A program made the translations under genes and the position numbers. Below the pieces are notes generated by a model. That model saw only the letters and a list, made by a program, of their open reading frames with translations. It ran no database searches and was not told the origin of the DNA. 46,839 bases of DNA from Azolla caroliniana. Its lineage: Eukaryota; Plantae; Polypodiophyta. Shown piece after piece: positions 34,065 through 44,896 of this stretch. The DNA is taken from contig JBHGNT010000235.1 of assembly GCA_043228905.1 (NCBI GenBank), positions 1 through 46,839 of the forward strand, given 5' to 3'. The first letter of the stretch is position 1. Each line of letters begins with the position of its first letter.

Positions 34065-37000
34065 ACGCGAGATGAAATCCGCCATGTTCGTGAAAAACAC
34101 GAAAGCCGACTCCGACATAGAGCTATGGCACAAGTGAATCGGCCACATCAATCTCAACAAACTCAAAGCAATGAAATCGAAAGGAGTCGTCATCGGACTC
34201 CCGACATTCAAAGAGAAGGAGATTGAAGATGTATGCGAAGCATGCCAATTCGGCAAGCAACACAGACACCCATTCCCGAAAGAGCGGAACGTGAGCAAAG
34301 GTCTACTCGACGTACTCCATTCCGACGTATGGGGACTGGCGCAGTCGGCTACATCCGGCAGATGCCGATATTACGTGCTCTTCATCGAAGACTTCTCTAG
34401 GCACACTTGGATCTACCCGATGTGGCAAAAGAGCGAAGTGTTCAGACACTTCTAAAATTTTAAGAATGAAGTCGAGAAAGCCACGGGCCAACATGTACAA
34501 TGCCTTCGATCGGATGGCGGCAAGGAGTACTTCTCGGACGATTTCACGACGTATCTCCGAAAGGAAGGAATTCGGCGAGAATTCACTTGCCGACACACTC
34601 CGGAACAAAACAGAGTAGCCGAGCGCAAAAATCGGCACATCCTCTAAGTAGCGTGGGCCATGATGAACGAGAAGCATATGCCCAGGTCATATTGGGCCGA
34701 AGCTGCAAATACGGCTGTCTACCTAATGAACCAGTGCACAACATCCGGCGTGCACGAGGTCACTCCGCACAAAAAATACTTCAGAAAGAAGCCAGACTTA
34801 TCGCACATCCGGATATTCGGCGTGATAGCGTACGTGCACATCCCCAACGAGAAGCGTCAAAAGCTTGACCCGAAGTCGGAGAAATGTATCCTCGTAGGAT
34901 ACTCATTGGAGCAAAAGGGGTACAAGTGCTACAACCCCTCAACTCGAAAATCTCGAGTAAGTCGAGACGTCGTTTTTGACGAGTCCGCATCTTGGTACGC
35001 ACCAGAGACAACTCCAACTCTAACTCCGCTCGACCCAGAATTCACCGAACAAGAGATCGAGGATGAAGATCGCCTTATGCGCATATTCGAAGAAAGTCTA
35101 ATCATGACCCGATTGAGCGGACTATAAGAGCCTTTGAGTGATCAAAGCACATCACGGCCTAGCCCGAAGATGGACAAAGGCAAGGCGAAAATGTCGGAAT
35201 ACGAAGATGATCACTTCAACGAAGATGATCGCTTCAACAACGATGAGTCGACTCACTCACTCGACAATGAGTTCGGTGGTTTCGAGGTACCAATCGGAGC
35301 TAAGAAAGCCCTCATCTCTGCAAATGAAAAGCTCCACCGATCCACTCGTGAAAAGAACCTCGTAAGCCGATTCGGCTACAATGATTATATGGCGTACCAT
35401 TATGCCTTTATGATGAAGGTAACGACAGTACGGGAGCCGGAAACCTTTTCGGAAGCCGCGAGGGACCCGCGATGGATCGAAGCAATGAACGAGGAGATGC
35501 AGGCACTACGGAAGAACGAGACGTGGGATCTCGTTCCCACCTCACCACACAAAAAGGCGATCGGATGCAGATGGATCTACAAGGTGAAGTATAACGCCGA
35601 TGGCTCCGTAAACCGCTACAAAGCTCAACTCATAGTGAAACGATACGCTCAGACGCATGGCGTCGACTACGAAGAGACCTTTGCCCCGGTGGCAAAGATG
35701 ACGATGGTGCATACCGTAATTGCGATTGCCGCGGCGAAAGGGTGGCACCTCCATCAAATGGACGTCAAGAACGCCTTTCTACAAGGCGAATTAGAAGAGG
35801 AGGTGTACATGATCCAACCACCCGGCTTCAACTCGAGCACCCATCCGAAAGTTGTTTGCCGACTCAAGAAGCCACTCTACGGCCTCAAGCAAGCACAACG
35901 TGCTTGGCATTCGAAGATAACGCAATATCTTCATCAAATCGGCTTCTATATGTCAAAATCGGACAACTCCCTCTACATACGAAGCGATTCCACAAGTTCG
36001 ATCATCATCATTTTATATGTGAATGACCTAGTCATTGGAGAAGAGCATCTCGTCGAAATCAATAAAGTCAAATCCCTCCTTTCCGACAAGTTCGAGATGA
36101 CGGACATGAAGGAGCTCCACTACTTCCTCGGCATCGAGGTAATTCAGACTCCGGCCGGAATCATGATCTCTCAATAGCACTACATCCTCAACTTGTTATA
36201 CAAGTTCGGGATGGCTGAGTGCAAATCCATGGCAACCCCGCTCGATCGTAATCTCAAACTAGATGCGAACTCCGGCACCAAAGCGTGTGAGCCGACTTAG
36301 TATCAGCAACTCATCGGGAGTCTCATCTACCTCACGATCACACGACCCAATCTCAGTTATCCAGTCGGTCTCCTTAGCCAATTCATGCAAACACCGCGTG
36401 ATACTCACTTGGATTGCGCTAAGCGAGTTCTACGCTACGTCAGCGGCACAATGGATTGCGGCATCCTCTACAAGACCGCGATGCCAATACAACTCGAGGG
36501 GTACATAAATGCCGATTGGGCCGGCTACAAAGCTGATAGAAGATCAACCTCCGGATTTGTTTTCTCCCTTGGCAGCGGAGCAATATCCTGGAGTAGCAAG
36601 AAGCAGCCTACCGTTGCTCTTTCGAGTACGGAGGCGAAATACAGGGGCGCAGCCGTAGCTACATGTGAAGCCGTATGGCTCAAGAGGATTTTGAAGGATC
36701 TGGGCGTACCCATCAAGGATCTGACTTCCCTTTACTGCGACAACATGAGCAGTATCTATCTGGCCCAAAACCCGGTGTTCCACGCGTGGACAAAGCACAT
36801 CGAAGTGCACTATCACTTCATCCGAGAGCGCATTCTGGCTGGCGTTGTCGACCTACAACACATTAGCACCAATCTTCAAACGGTCGACATCTTCACTAAA
36901 GCCTTAGGAGCCGACAAGCTATGGCAATTCATGACCGATCTCGGATTGACGATCCCTGACCTGCCAAGCTTGAGGGGGAGTACTGAAGACACTACGCAAT

Positions 37001-37568
37001 AACGCGTGGATTCCGCAACCACGCAACGAAGCAGCGAAGAGCCGATCTACCGCACAAAGCCGCAAAGAAAGACGCAAGCCGAAGCACAGACTTTGCAACT
37101 ACGCACGCAAGTCGAAGCACAGACTTCGCACAACACAAGCTGGAGCACAGATTCCGCAACTCCGCATAAAGCAAGCCGACGTGAGTCGACGCGGACTCCG
37201 GAACGCGAGTTGAAGCGGATTTCGGATACCGTCTGAAATCGACCCGACTTGAGCTTGAGGGGGCGTGTTGAGAATCAAGCTCAACTTGGTCTAGTGTGTG
37301 AACTCACCTTGAGAGTGAACAGACACTCCAACGGTCAAGAGTCACCATTATGTCACCACTTTGTATTCTAGCATTTAGTATTGAGTCATAGAATCATATT
37401 CTATGACACATAACTTATGAGCTTTCATATTTCCCATGCTCCATGAGGCTTGTAGTTAATGAAGAGAGAGGGTGACTACATAAAGCACCCTCCTCCCACC
37501 TTGTATAATGTTAAGTCTTTCTCCTTTGTCAACATACTTTACCTTGCGTATTCTCTATGTTTCACTCA

Positions 37569-37604
<36 letters not shown>

Positions 37605-40323
37605 TAACTCACATCTCTTCCGCTTCACAAGAATCCATCTCTTGATTCTTTACAAGTATAAATAACTAGGGCAAAACTTATTGTAGTTAGAGGTAAGTTA
37701 GTTATTGAGTAGTCATCACTATACAGAGAGAGAGAGATATATAAGAAGCTTGTATCTGTTGTAACTGCCTGTTGGCGAAGAGTTGGAGCATAAGGTTGTT
37801 GCCTCTATGTCTACCTTGTATCCTATTTCCCTTCCTTAGTGATCCAGTTCAGAGTCTATGGACTCCCATGGTTTTGCCTCTCGAGGTTTTCCACATTAAC
37901 AAAATGTGTCGACTTATTCCTATGTAAGTGCATCAATCTCCTATTTCTTATTCTGTTTCTTCCATAGTGAGTTTGGAACTCGGTCGTGGCCAAGAGAAAT
38001 TCCTCACAGAGTGAAGTTGTAAACTTCAAAGAAAATGGAAGACTCATTCAAAGGCATGTTCAAGCTCACCGGCTCCAACTACTCAGTTTGGAAGTCGAAG
38101 ATGAGGGACATGTTGGTGGTTAAAGATCTTTGGCTACCGATACAGTTTGGAGACAAAAGACCGGACAAGACTGATGCCACAACCTGGGACGTGATGCATA
38201 TGAGAATGACAACATATATAAGATGCTTTATTCACATGATCCTATACAATAACTTTAATGAAGAGAACAAGGCTGACGTTCTCTGGGAGAAGATCGACAT
38301 TATATTGGAGAACAAGAATGTTGTGAATCGAGTCTAGACACTGAAACCGGACCAAACCCCGAATCAAATTCAGATGAAGAATGGATTGAAGAAGCGACAA
38401 AAGATACCCTCTCTTAGAGAGAAGGGCCCCCTGACGTTTTCTAGACAAAGAGCATGTATTGCTGACCAACGAGGGGGAGGCAAAGAGCTTCGAAGAAGCA
38501 AAGGAAGACACCCAAAACCGCAAGTGGTTAAGTGCCATGTAGGATGAGATGGATTCCCTACATGAGCATTGAGAACCATACACATGGATTGACGAAGCTG
38601 CCGAAAGGAAAGAGGGCGCTCTGAAACAAGTGGGTGTACAAGTTGAAACCGGGAGACGTCGTAAATCCATGAGGTACAAAGCCCACATTGTGGTGAAGGG
38701 ATTCCAATAGAAAAAAGGAGTGGACTTCAATGAAATTTTTACCCTAGTAGTGAAGATGACATCTATCCGGATGGTGTTGAGCATAGCAACAAGCTTGGAC
38801 CTCGAGGTCGAACAACTAGATGTAAAGATCGCATTCTTGCATGGTGACCTCGAGGAGGAGATCTATATGCATCAACCGGAAGGATTCATCAAGAAAGGGA
38901 AGGAGAATCTGGTGTGTCGGTTGAAGAAGAGCTTATATGGACTAAAGCAAGCTCCCTGGCAATGGTACCAGAAGTTCGACTCCTTCATGAATGACCAAGG
39001 ATACCACAAGACGCAGGCCGACCACTGTGTATTTGTAAAGAAGTTCGATGGAGGAGACTTCCTAATACTCTTGTTGTACGTGGATGACATGTTGATCGTC
39101 ATACGAGCCCGTATCAAAATCGGATATTGAAGAAGCCCTTGAGCAGGTCCTTCTCAATGAAGGATATGGGTTCGGTGAGAAAGATCTTAGAGATGCAAAT
39201 AGTTCGGGACCGGACAAAGAAGCTATTGTGGCTGTAACAAGAGAAGTACATGACAAAGGTGCTTCAAAGGTTCAACATGGCAGATATGAAATCGGTTGGG
39301 TCGACACTCCCGAAAAAATGCAAGTTGTCCAGAAAGCAAGGTCCAAAAATAAAGATGGAGAAAGCTGAGATGATGAAGATACCTTATGCCTCAGCAGTCA
39401 GAAGCCTAATGTATGCAATGGTGTATACCCGGACATACATTGGATACGCAGTCGGAGTGGTCAGTTAGTTCATGAGCAAACCAGGAAGAGAGCACTAGAC
39501 TGTTGTCAAGTGGATTCTCCGGTACTTGAAAGGCACCTTGAGCACATGTCTCCGATTCGGCTCAGGTAAACCCCTATTGGAAAGCTTTACGGATTCAAAC
39601 ATGACAGCTGATGTAGATACCAACTAGTCCACATACGGATACATCATGACCTATGTAAGGGGAGCGGTATCGTGGTAGTCAAGGCTGCAGAAGTCTGTGG
39701 CATTGTCGACAATAGAAGTGGAGTACATTGCGGCGGTAGAAGCCAACAAGGAAGTAATTTGGATGAAGGGCTTCATCGAAGAGTTAGGGATACGAAAGGA
39801 GGAATTCTAACTATACTGCGACAATCAAAGTGCCCTCCACCTTGCGAAGAACGCGGCCTACCATTCCTGGACCAAGCACATCCAGAGAATATATCATTGG
39901 CTCCGGAAGAAGGTGGAAGAGAAAGATTTCTCGCTGACAAAGATCCACATAGAGGAGAACAGGTCGAACATGCTGACCAAGGTATTGTCGGCTGAGAAGC
40001 TGGACGTGTGCTGGAGACGGATCGGGTTGACAAGACATCCCATGCCGAAGTGACGGGGGAGTTTGTTGGGAAAACCGGTTACTCTAGATGGGATCAGATG
40101 GATCAGAAGGTCGTTGCCTCTGTGTCTACCTTGTATCCTATTTCCCTTCCTTAGTGATCTAGTTCAGAGTTTATGGAGTCTCGTGGTTTTGCCTCTCGAG
40201 GTTTTCCACGTTAACAAACTATGTCGACTTATTCCTTTGTAAGTGCATCAATCTCCTATTTCTTATTTTGTTTCTTCCATAGTGAGTTTGGAACTCGGTT
40301 GTGGCCGAGAGCGATTCCTCACA

Positions 40324-41118
40324 GTTCTTTCTCTTTGAACAAGATCTAAGAGTGTGTCCACAAGTCGGTCTTTGATATGAAATAATTTGCATCCAAGAGA
40401 GCCTTTCATGTTAGCTCTTCATATCTCGGATCCACTTCCACTTGGTGCTTGAAAGGACCGATCTTGAACTCTTTCCTCTTTGCCATAAATTGTTTTTTGG
40501 TATTTTACTTATCTTTCCTTCTTCTCCTTCTTCTCCTTCTTCAGCTTCATCTGCTCCCTTTTCCTCGTCATTATTAGCATCATCATCATCATTTCCCCCT
40601 TTCTTACTCTTACAGTTGTATAAGGGCCTTCCAAGGAGTATTCCTCACTCACGATTGCCTCATGAGAGGAAGAACATAGTTCAGACCCAAAAGGCATATA
40701 ACAACCATCATTGGTTGTCATATCCATGGTACAGTCTACTATTTGAAGCTTGCAAGCCACATCATCCAACTCGCAAGCTTGAAACCCTTATCTTGGGTAA
40801 ACCTAACATGCATATCGCTTGAACTATTGCAAGGGTTTGAGCCAAAGCTTTGACACAGATACTCAGTACTAAATCTGTGGTTTAAAGGCCACAAAACTCT
40901 TTCTCAACCATGGATGCAAATATAACCTCATTTTCCATACTTTGCACCATATCTCTCCATCTTTAGCGACCAGTTGAACTTTGGAGCTCAGAATCAGACG
41001 AGAAAAAGGAAATGCTCTAGGGTCTTAGCATGGCCATTCCTGAAGCTAAGGGAAATTCTGAGAGCAGGAGAAGAAGCATTGGGGAAAAAGAATGGGGAGG
41101 CAATGTTGAGATGTCCAT
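40324..41118 (-). pseudogene. Decayed gene-like fragment of unknown identity
   Basis: The ATG context and leader are shared with the PPR fragment. Broken frames include an acidic D/E tract followed by KQFMAKRKEFKIGPFKHQVEVDPRYEEL. No family recognised. Confidence 0.35.
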
Positions 41119-41714
41119 CGCAGGCTAGCTCTCACACAGAGAGTCCACACACAAACCACACTCTCTAATATAGAGACAGATAGACGTAGAGACGGAGAGA
41201 GAGAGAGAGAGAGAGAATTCTTCTCAAGGGGGGTCAGCTGTAGGGCATGCCAGTGTTTTTTGGGTGGGGGTTGGAGCCAAGAACGGCATCAACCCCCTCC
41301 CAAGGGGGTTTGAACATGAGGGAGAGGGAGGGAGAGTGAGAAACAGAAACTCATAATGAGAATGAGAGAGAGAGACATAAATTCGAGGGAAAATGCGTCT
41401 ATTCTTGTTCAAGCTCCATGGGTGGGGTTTATATATGTAGAAGAGGTAACCGTTACAAATCAAGAACGTTAGGGTAGCTCCATAACCTTCTCACCATTTA
41501 CATCCCACTTACCCGCACTCTTTTACATTTGCACACATGCACACAAATGTGCATGTGTACATACACATATTCATCCTCACTCACACTCATATACATTACA
41601 CATACACAACAACCACTCTATTGTCTTTCACCTGTATACCTCTCCGTACAACTCCTATGGGTTACACCCCTTGTGGAAATGTACACATCCTTATTAACCT
41701 GATGGGAGTTCACA

Positions 41715-41970
41715 TCGTTGTGATGTCTTGACTATCTAAGTCTCCAATCGAACAAATTGATCTTCCTACAAAAGCTTCAACAAACTCATCAACACTAGGT
41801 CCAATCCCAACATTCCGAATGGTGACCTTGTTTACCAGTTGCAGGTCTTGGATGAACCAAAGTGCTCTATTTTTCCTTGGCACCATGAACCACCTATTTG
41901 GATGGTTCAAGGATTCCCATCTTAACTTTTTCTTTTAATATCTCTAGTAAATTCGGAATGTGAGCACTCA
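41715..41970 (-). pseudogene. pol: Gypsy reverse transcriptase fragment
   Basis: NRWFMVPRKNRALWFIQDLQLVNKVTIRN...VDEFVEAFVGRSICSIGDL. Confidence 0.8.
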
Positions 41971-41974
41971 AAAC

Positions 41975-42695
41975 GAGAATCAACTTCAAATTCAATCCCC
42001 ACCAGGAAAGTGAGTGGTTGTAACCCCCACCGGAACTGGGAAGGTGAGCAATCAAAATCGTTCCTCACCAAAGGAAAGTGAAGTGAAACTTGAACCTAAA
42101 TGAAAATGGAGTGCAAACGAGCAATGATTTGATCCCCACCAAGAAAGTGAGTGGTTGTAATCCCCACCGGAACTGTGAAGGTGAGCGATCGAAATCAATC
42201 CGTTTGATGAAGACAACAAGAGGTGTTGAAAATGATGATGTCGAAGACAAGGAAACGAAGACGATGATGAGGAGGAAGCATCTCTATAACCAAGGATGTT
42301 GATGACAGTAACTCTAGAAGCAAGGACTGTGACGATGGTAACTCTAGAAGCAAGGGCGAAGACGAAGACAAGTGATCCTTCCAGTTTGAAGGTATTCAAA
42401 TTGTCACGGACACACCAACCATGGACTACGACGGAGCATGGATGACAAGGCTACAACCGATAAGTGGAACTAGAAGTGATGAGACTAGGAACTCTAGAAG
42501 TTGTGACCGACAAGACTATGAACTTAGCAAGGTAAGGTTAATTGGAGAGCATGAAGACAAATATGAAGATCAAGGAGACAATATGGCCTGAAACGAGAAT
42601 TCTAGATCGATGTGTCAATGACTGGTTTTGAATCCCTTGAAAGACCGAGGTTACAAGTATTTATACAAAGTTCTTAGATTGAATATCTCTAGAGT
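41975..42695 (-). mobile_element. Truncated non-coding LTR element copy: partial 5' LTR (42695-42402), self-priming PBS (42399-42389) and internal leader
   Basis: The LTR end GGTTGGTGTGTCCGTGACA matches 44325-44343. The internal region 41975-42345 is an inverted copy of about 42690-43130. Confidence 0.7.
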
Positions 42696-42917
42696 TACCA
42701 TCATCACCATCGTTTCTTCCAGACTTACCGTCATCAAAATCCATGGTTTTACAGACACCATCATCACCATAGTCATAGTCGTTCCTTCTAGAGACACTTC
42801 CTCATCATCATTGTTTTCGTTGCCTTGTCTTCGACTTCGTCATTTTCAGCACTTCTTGTTGTCTTCATCAAACGCTACTTCGCCCAACGTTCATCATCAT
42901 CAACACTACTTTGCATG

Positions 42918-43270
42918 GATTGATTTCAATCGCTCACCTTCATAGTTCCGGTGGGGGTTACAACAACTCGCTTTCCTGGTGGGGATTGAATCATTGCTCA
43001 TTTGCACTCCATTTTCATTTCGGTTCAAGTTTCACTCTAGTTTTGTTTGGCAAGGATCGATTCTGATCGCTCACCTTCCCAATTCTGGTGGGGGGGTTAC
43101 AACCACTCACTTTCCTAGTGGGGATTGAATCATTGCTCCCTTGCACTCCATTTTCATTTTGGTCTACATTTCGCTCCACTTTCTTTTGACAGGGATCGAT
43201 TTCAATCGCTTAACTTCTAGTTTCAATGGGGGTCCACAACTGCTCACGTTCCTGGTGGGGATCACATTGG
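42918..43270. repeat. About 138-bp tandem repeat, about 2.5 units
   Basis: Units beginning GATYGATT..ATCGCTYA..TTC...TGGGGGT.ACAAC at about 42918, 43055 and 43194. Confidence 0.85.
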
Positions 43271-43395
43271 TTTCTCACTAGCGCTACCGTTTGGGTCGTG
43301 TTTTCGGTCAACCTCGACTATTTACCCTCTCATGATAGAACAAGTCGAGTCAACCACTTAACCTACACTCCTTTGCCCGTTGTTGTTCTAGTTCC

Positions 43396-43830
43396 TAGTG
43401 AGGACCGCACATGGTCACTCATGCATGTTTGTGTTCCAGTTCCAATTCCCGGTGAGGACCGCACATGGTTGCTCACGTTCCAATTCCTGGTGAGGGTCAC
43501 ACATGGTTCACTCACACCCGTTCGTGTTCCAATTCTTAGTGAGGATCGCATGGTCGCTCACTCCCGTTCGTGTTCCAGTTCTCGGCGAGGACCACATGGT
43601 TGCTTCCTCCCATTCGTGTTGCAATCGCTAGTGAGGACTGCATGGTTCCTCACGCCCATTCGTGTTCCCGATGAGGACCACACATGATCCCTCACGTTTG
43701 TTGGTGTTCCAGTCTATGGTGAGGACTGCACATGGTCGCTCACCTAGTCTCCGGTGAGGATCGCACATGGTCACTCACGTCCGTTGTTGTTCGTGTATCC
43801 GGTGAGGACAACACATGGTTTCTCACGCCT
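43396..43830. repeat. About 10 copies of GTGAGGACCGCACATGGTCACTCAC-like hairpin unit, spacing about 35-54 bp
   Basis: Cores near 43398, 43452, 43489, 43539, 43585, 43631, 43671, 43719, 43754 and 43802. Confidence 0.9.
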
Positions 43831-44345
43831 GTCGGTGCTCCACTTCTCACCCCTACACCACGCTTTCGAAAAGGTGGCCGTAAAGGGGATGATAATGTCA
43901 CAAACATGAAACAATCATGTCAAGGTTTGAACTCTTCACCTCTTATATTATAGTTAAGTGTTATGTTCTAACCAACACATCCAAATACATGTTATGTATG
44001 TTTTAGTAGATTATCTATTTCAAGTTCTAGGACTTCTTCGAACGTTTTAGAACTAGAAGGTTCTAGAGGGTTCTAGAATATTCTCCCGAAGATTCTTCAG
44101 AATCTTCTAATGCATGTAGTTCAACTCACAATATAAATACTTGTAACCTCCTTGGTCCCTTTAAAGGGATTCAACACTAGTCATTGACACATTAATCAAG
44201 TATTCTCATGTCACCCCATCTTTGTCTCCTTGATCTTTATCTATATCTTCATGCTCTTGTGTAGTTCCCAGCTTCTTAAGTTCCACGCTCTTAGCCCCAT
44301 CATCCGTGCTCCGTCCTAGTCCGCGGTTGGTGTGTCCTTGACAGT

Positions 44346-44657
44346 TTGAATCCCTTGAAAGGGGCCAAGGACGTTACAAGTATTTATACAAGTTTTGAGA
44401 TTGAATATCTCAAGAATATACTCGAGAAATATCTCTAGAATATACCTATCCAAAATATACCATACAATATTTCTAGAATATACTAACAACTAGAATATTC
44501 TGATTCTTAAATGTATTATATGCTAACCTATACAATACTAAACTATTATATACAAAGACATGTTGATATCAAAATGGTTGAGCATGACATCTTGTTCATG
44601 TGCGATTGCAAGTTCAATCCTCACCAAGTATGCATTTGATGTCACTATGACGTGACA
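44346..44657 (-). repeat. Inverted partial LTR (U3 to start of R) of the same non-coding family
   Basis: The minus strand starts TGTCAC at 44657 and contains TATAAATACTTGTAAC and AAGGGATTCAA. Its left part matches 42628-42690. Confidence 0.75.
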
Positions 44658-44896
44658 CTTGTCGAGTTTAGGCGCTCATCGAGTGTTCTCACTTGTCGAG
44701 AATTGGCACTTGTCGAGTGTTCTTTGACAATTCTCTTTTACCCTTCGAACTTTCGTCTTGCCAGTAAATTAGGGTTTCAAACGTGATTAGCACACCCTAG
44801 GTAATGGTTAACACGCGAACTACAGATTATGTATGAGGTTGAGACAAAATTTCGAAAATAAGTATTAGATAAGATTCTTAAACTCGGTTTTTGTTT

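Larger units (their letters stand above)
31842..37002 (+). pseudogene. gag-pol: Copia gag-pol with premature stops and a solo-LTR insertion
   Basis: Motifs CRYCGKLGHHEEEC, WFVDSGASNHM, CEACQFGKQ, HQMDVKNAFL, YINADW and HAWTKHIEVHYH. Confidence 0.92.
31268..37654 (+). mobile_element. Near full-length decayed copia retrotransposon
   Basis: LTRs at 31268-31682 and 37266-37654 differ by scattered substitutions and (CA)n length. Perfect TSD AGTAT, PBS TGGTATCAGAGC at 31683-31694, PPT at 37257-37265. Confidence 0.95.
31131..40323 (+). mobile_element. Decayed Tork-like copia with split 5' LTR (about 31131-31267 plus 37655-38008), large internal deletion and deleted 3' LTR (40064-40323)
   Basis: ACCGGT..ATGGGATCAGATGG at 31131 matches 40074, and 37792-38008 matches 40107-40323. 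The gag start (38035) is joined at about 38336 to the pre-RT region. Has YVDDML and ends HPMPK* like the intact copy. PPT at 40055-40063; PBS missing. Confidence 0.8.
42690..44343 (+). mobile_element. Non-coding (non-autonomous) gypsy-type element: repeat-rich internal region, PPT (43883-43895) and LTR (43896-44343)
   Basis: AAAGGGGATGATAA precedes TGTCAC...TTGACA, with TATAAATA at 44132. No gag or pol motifs were found in any frame of the internal region. Confidence 0.75.
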
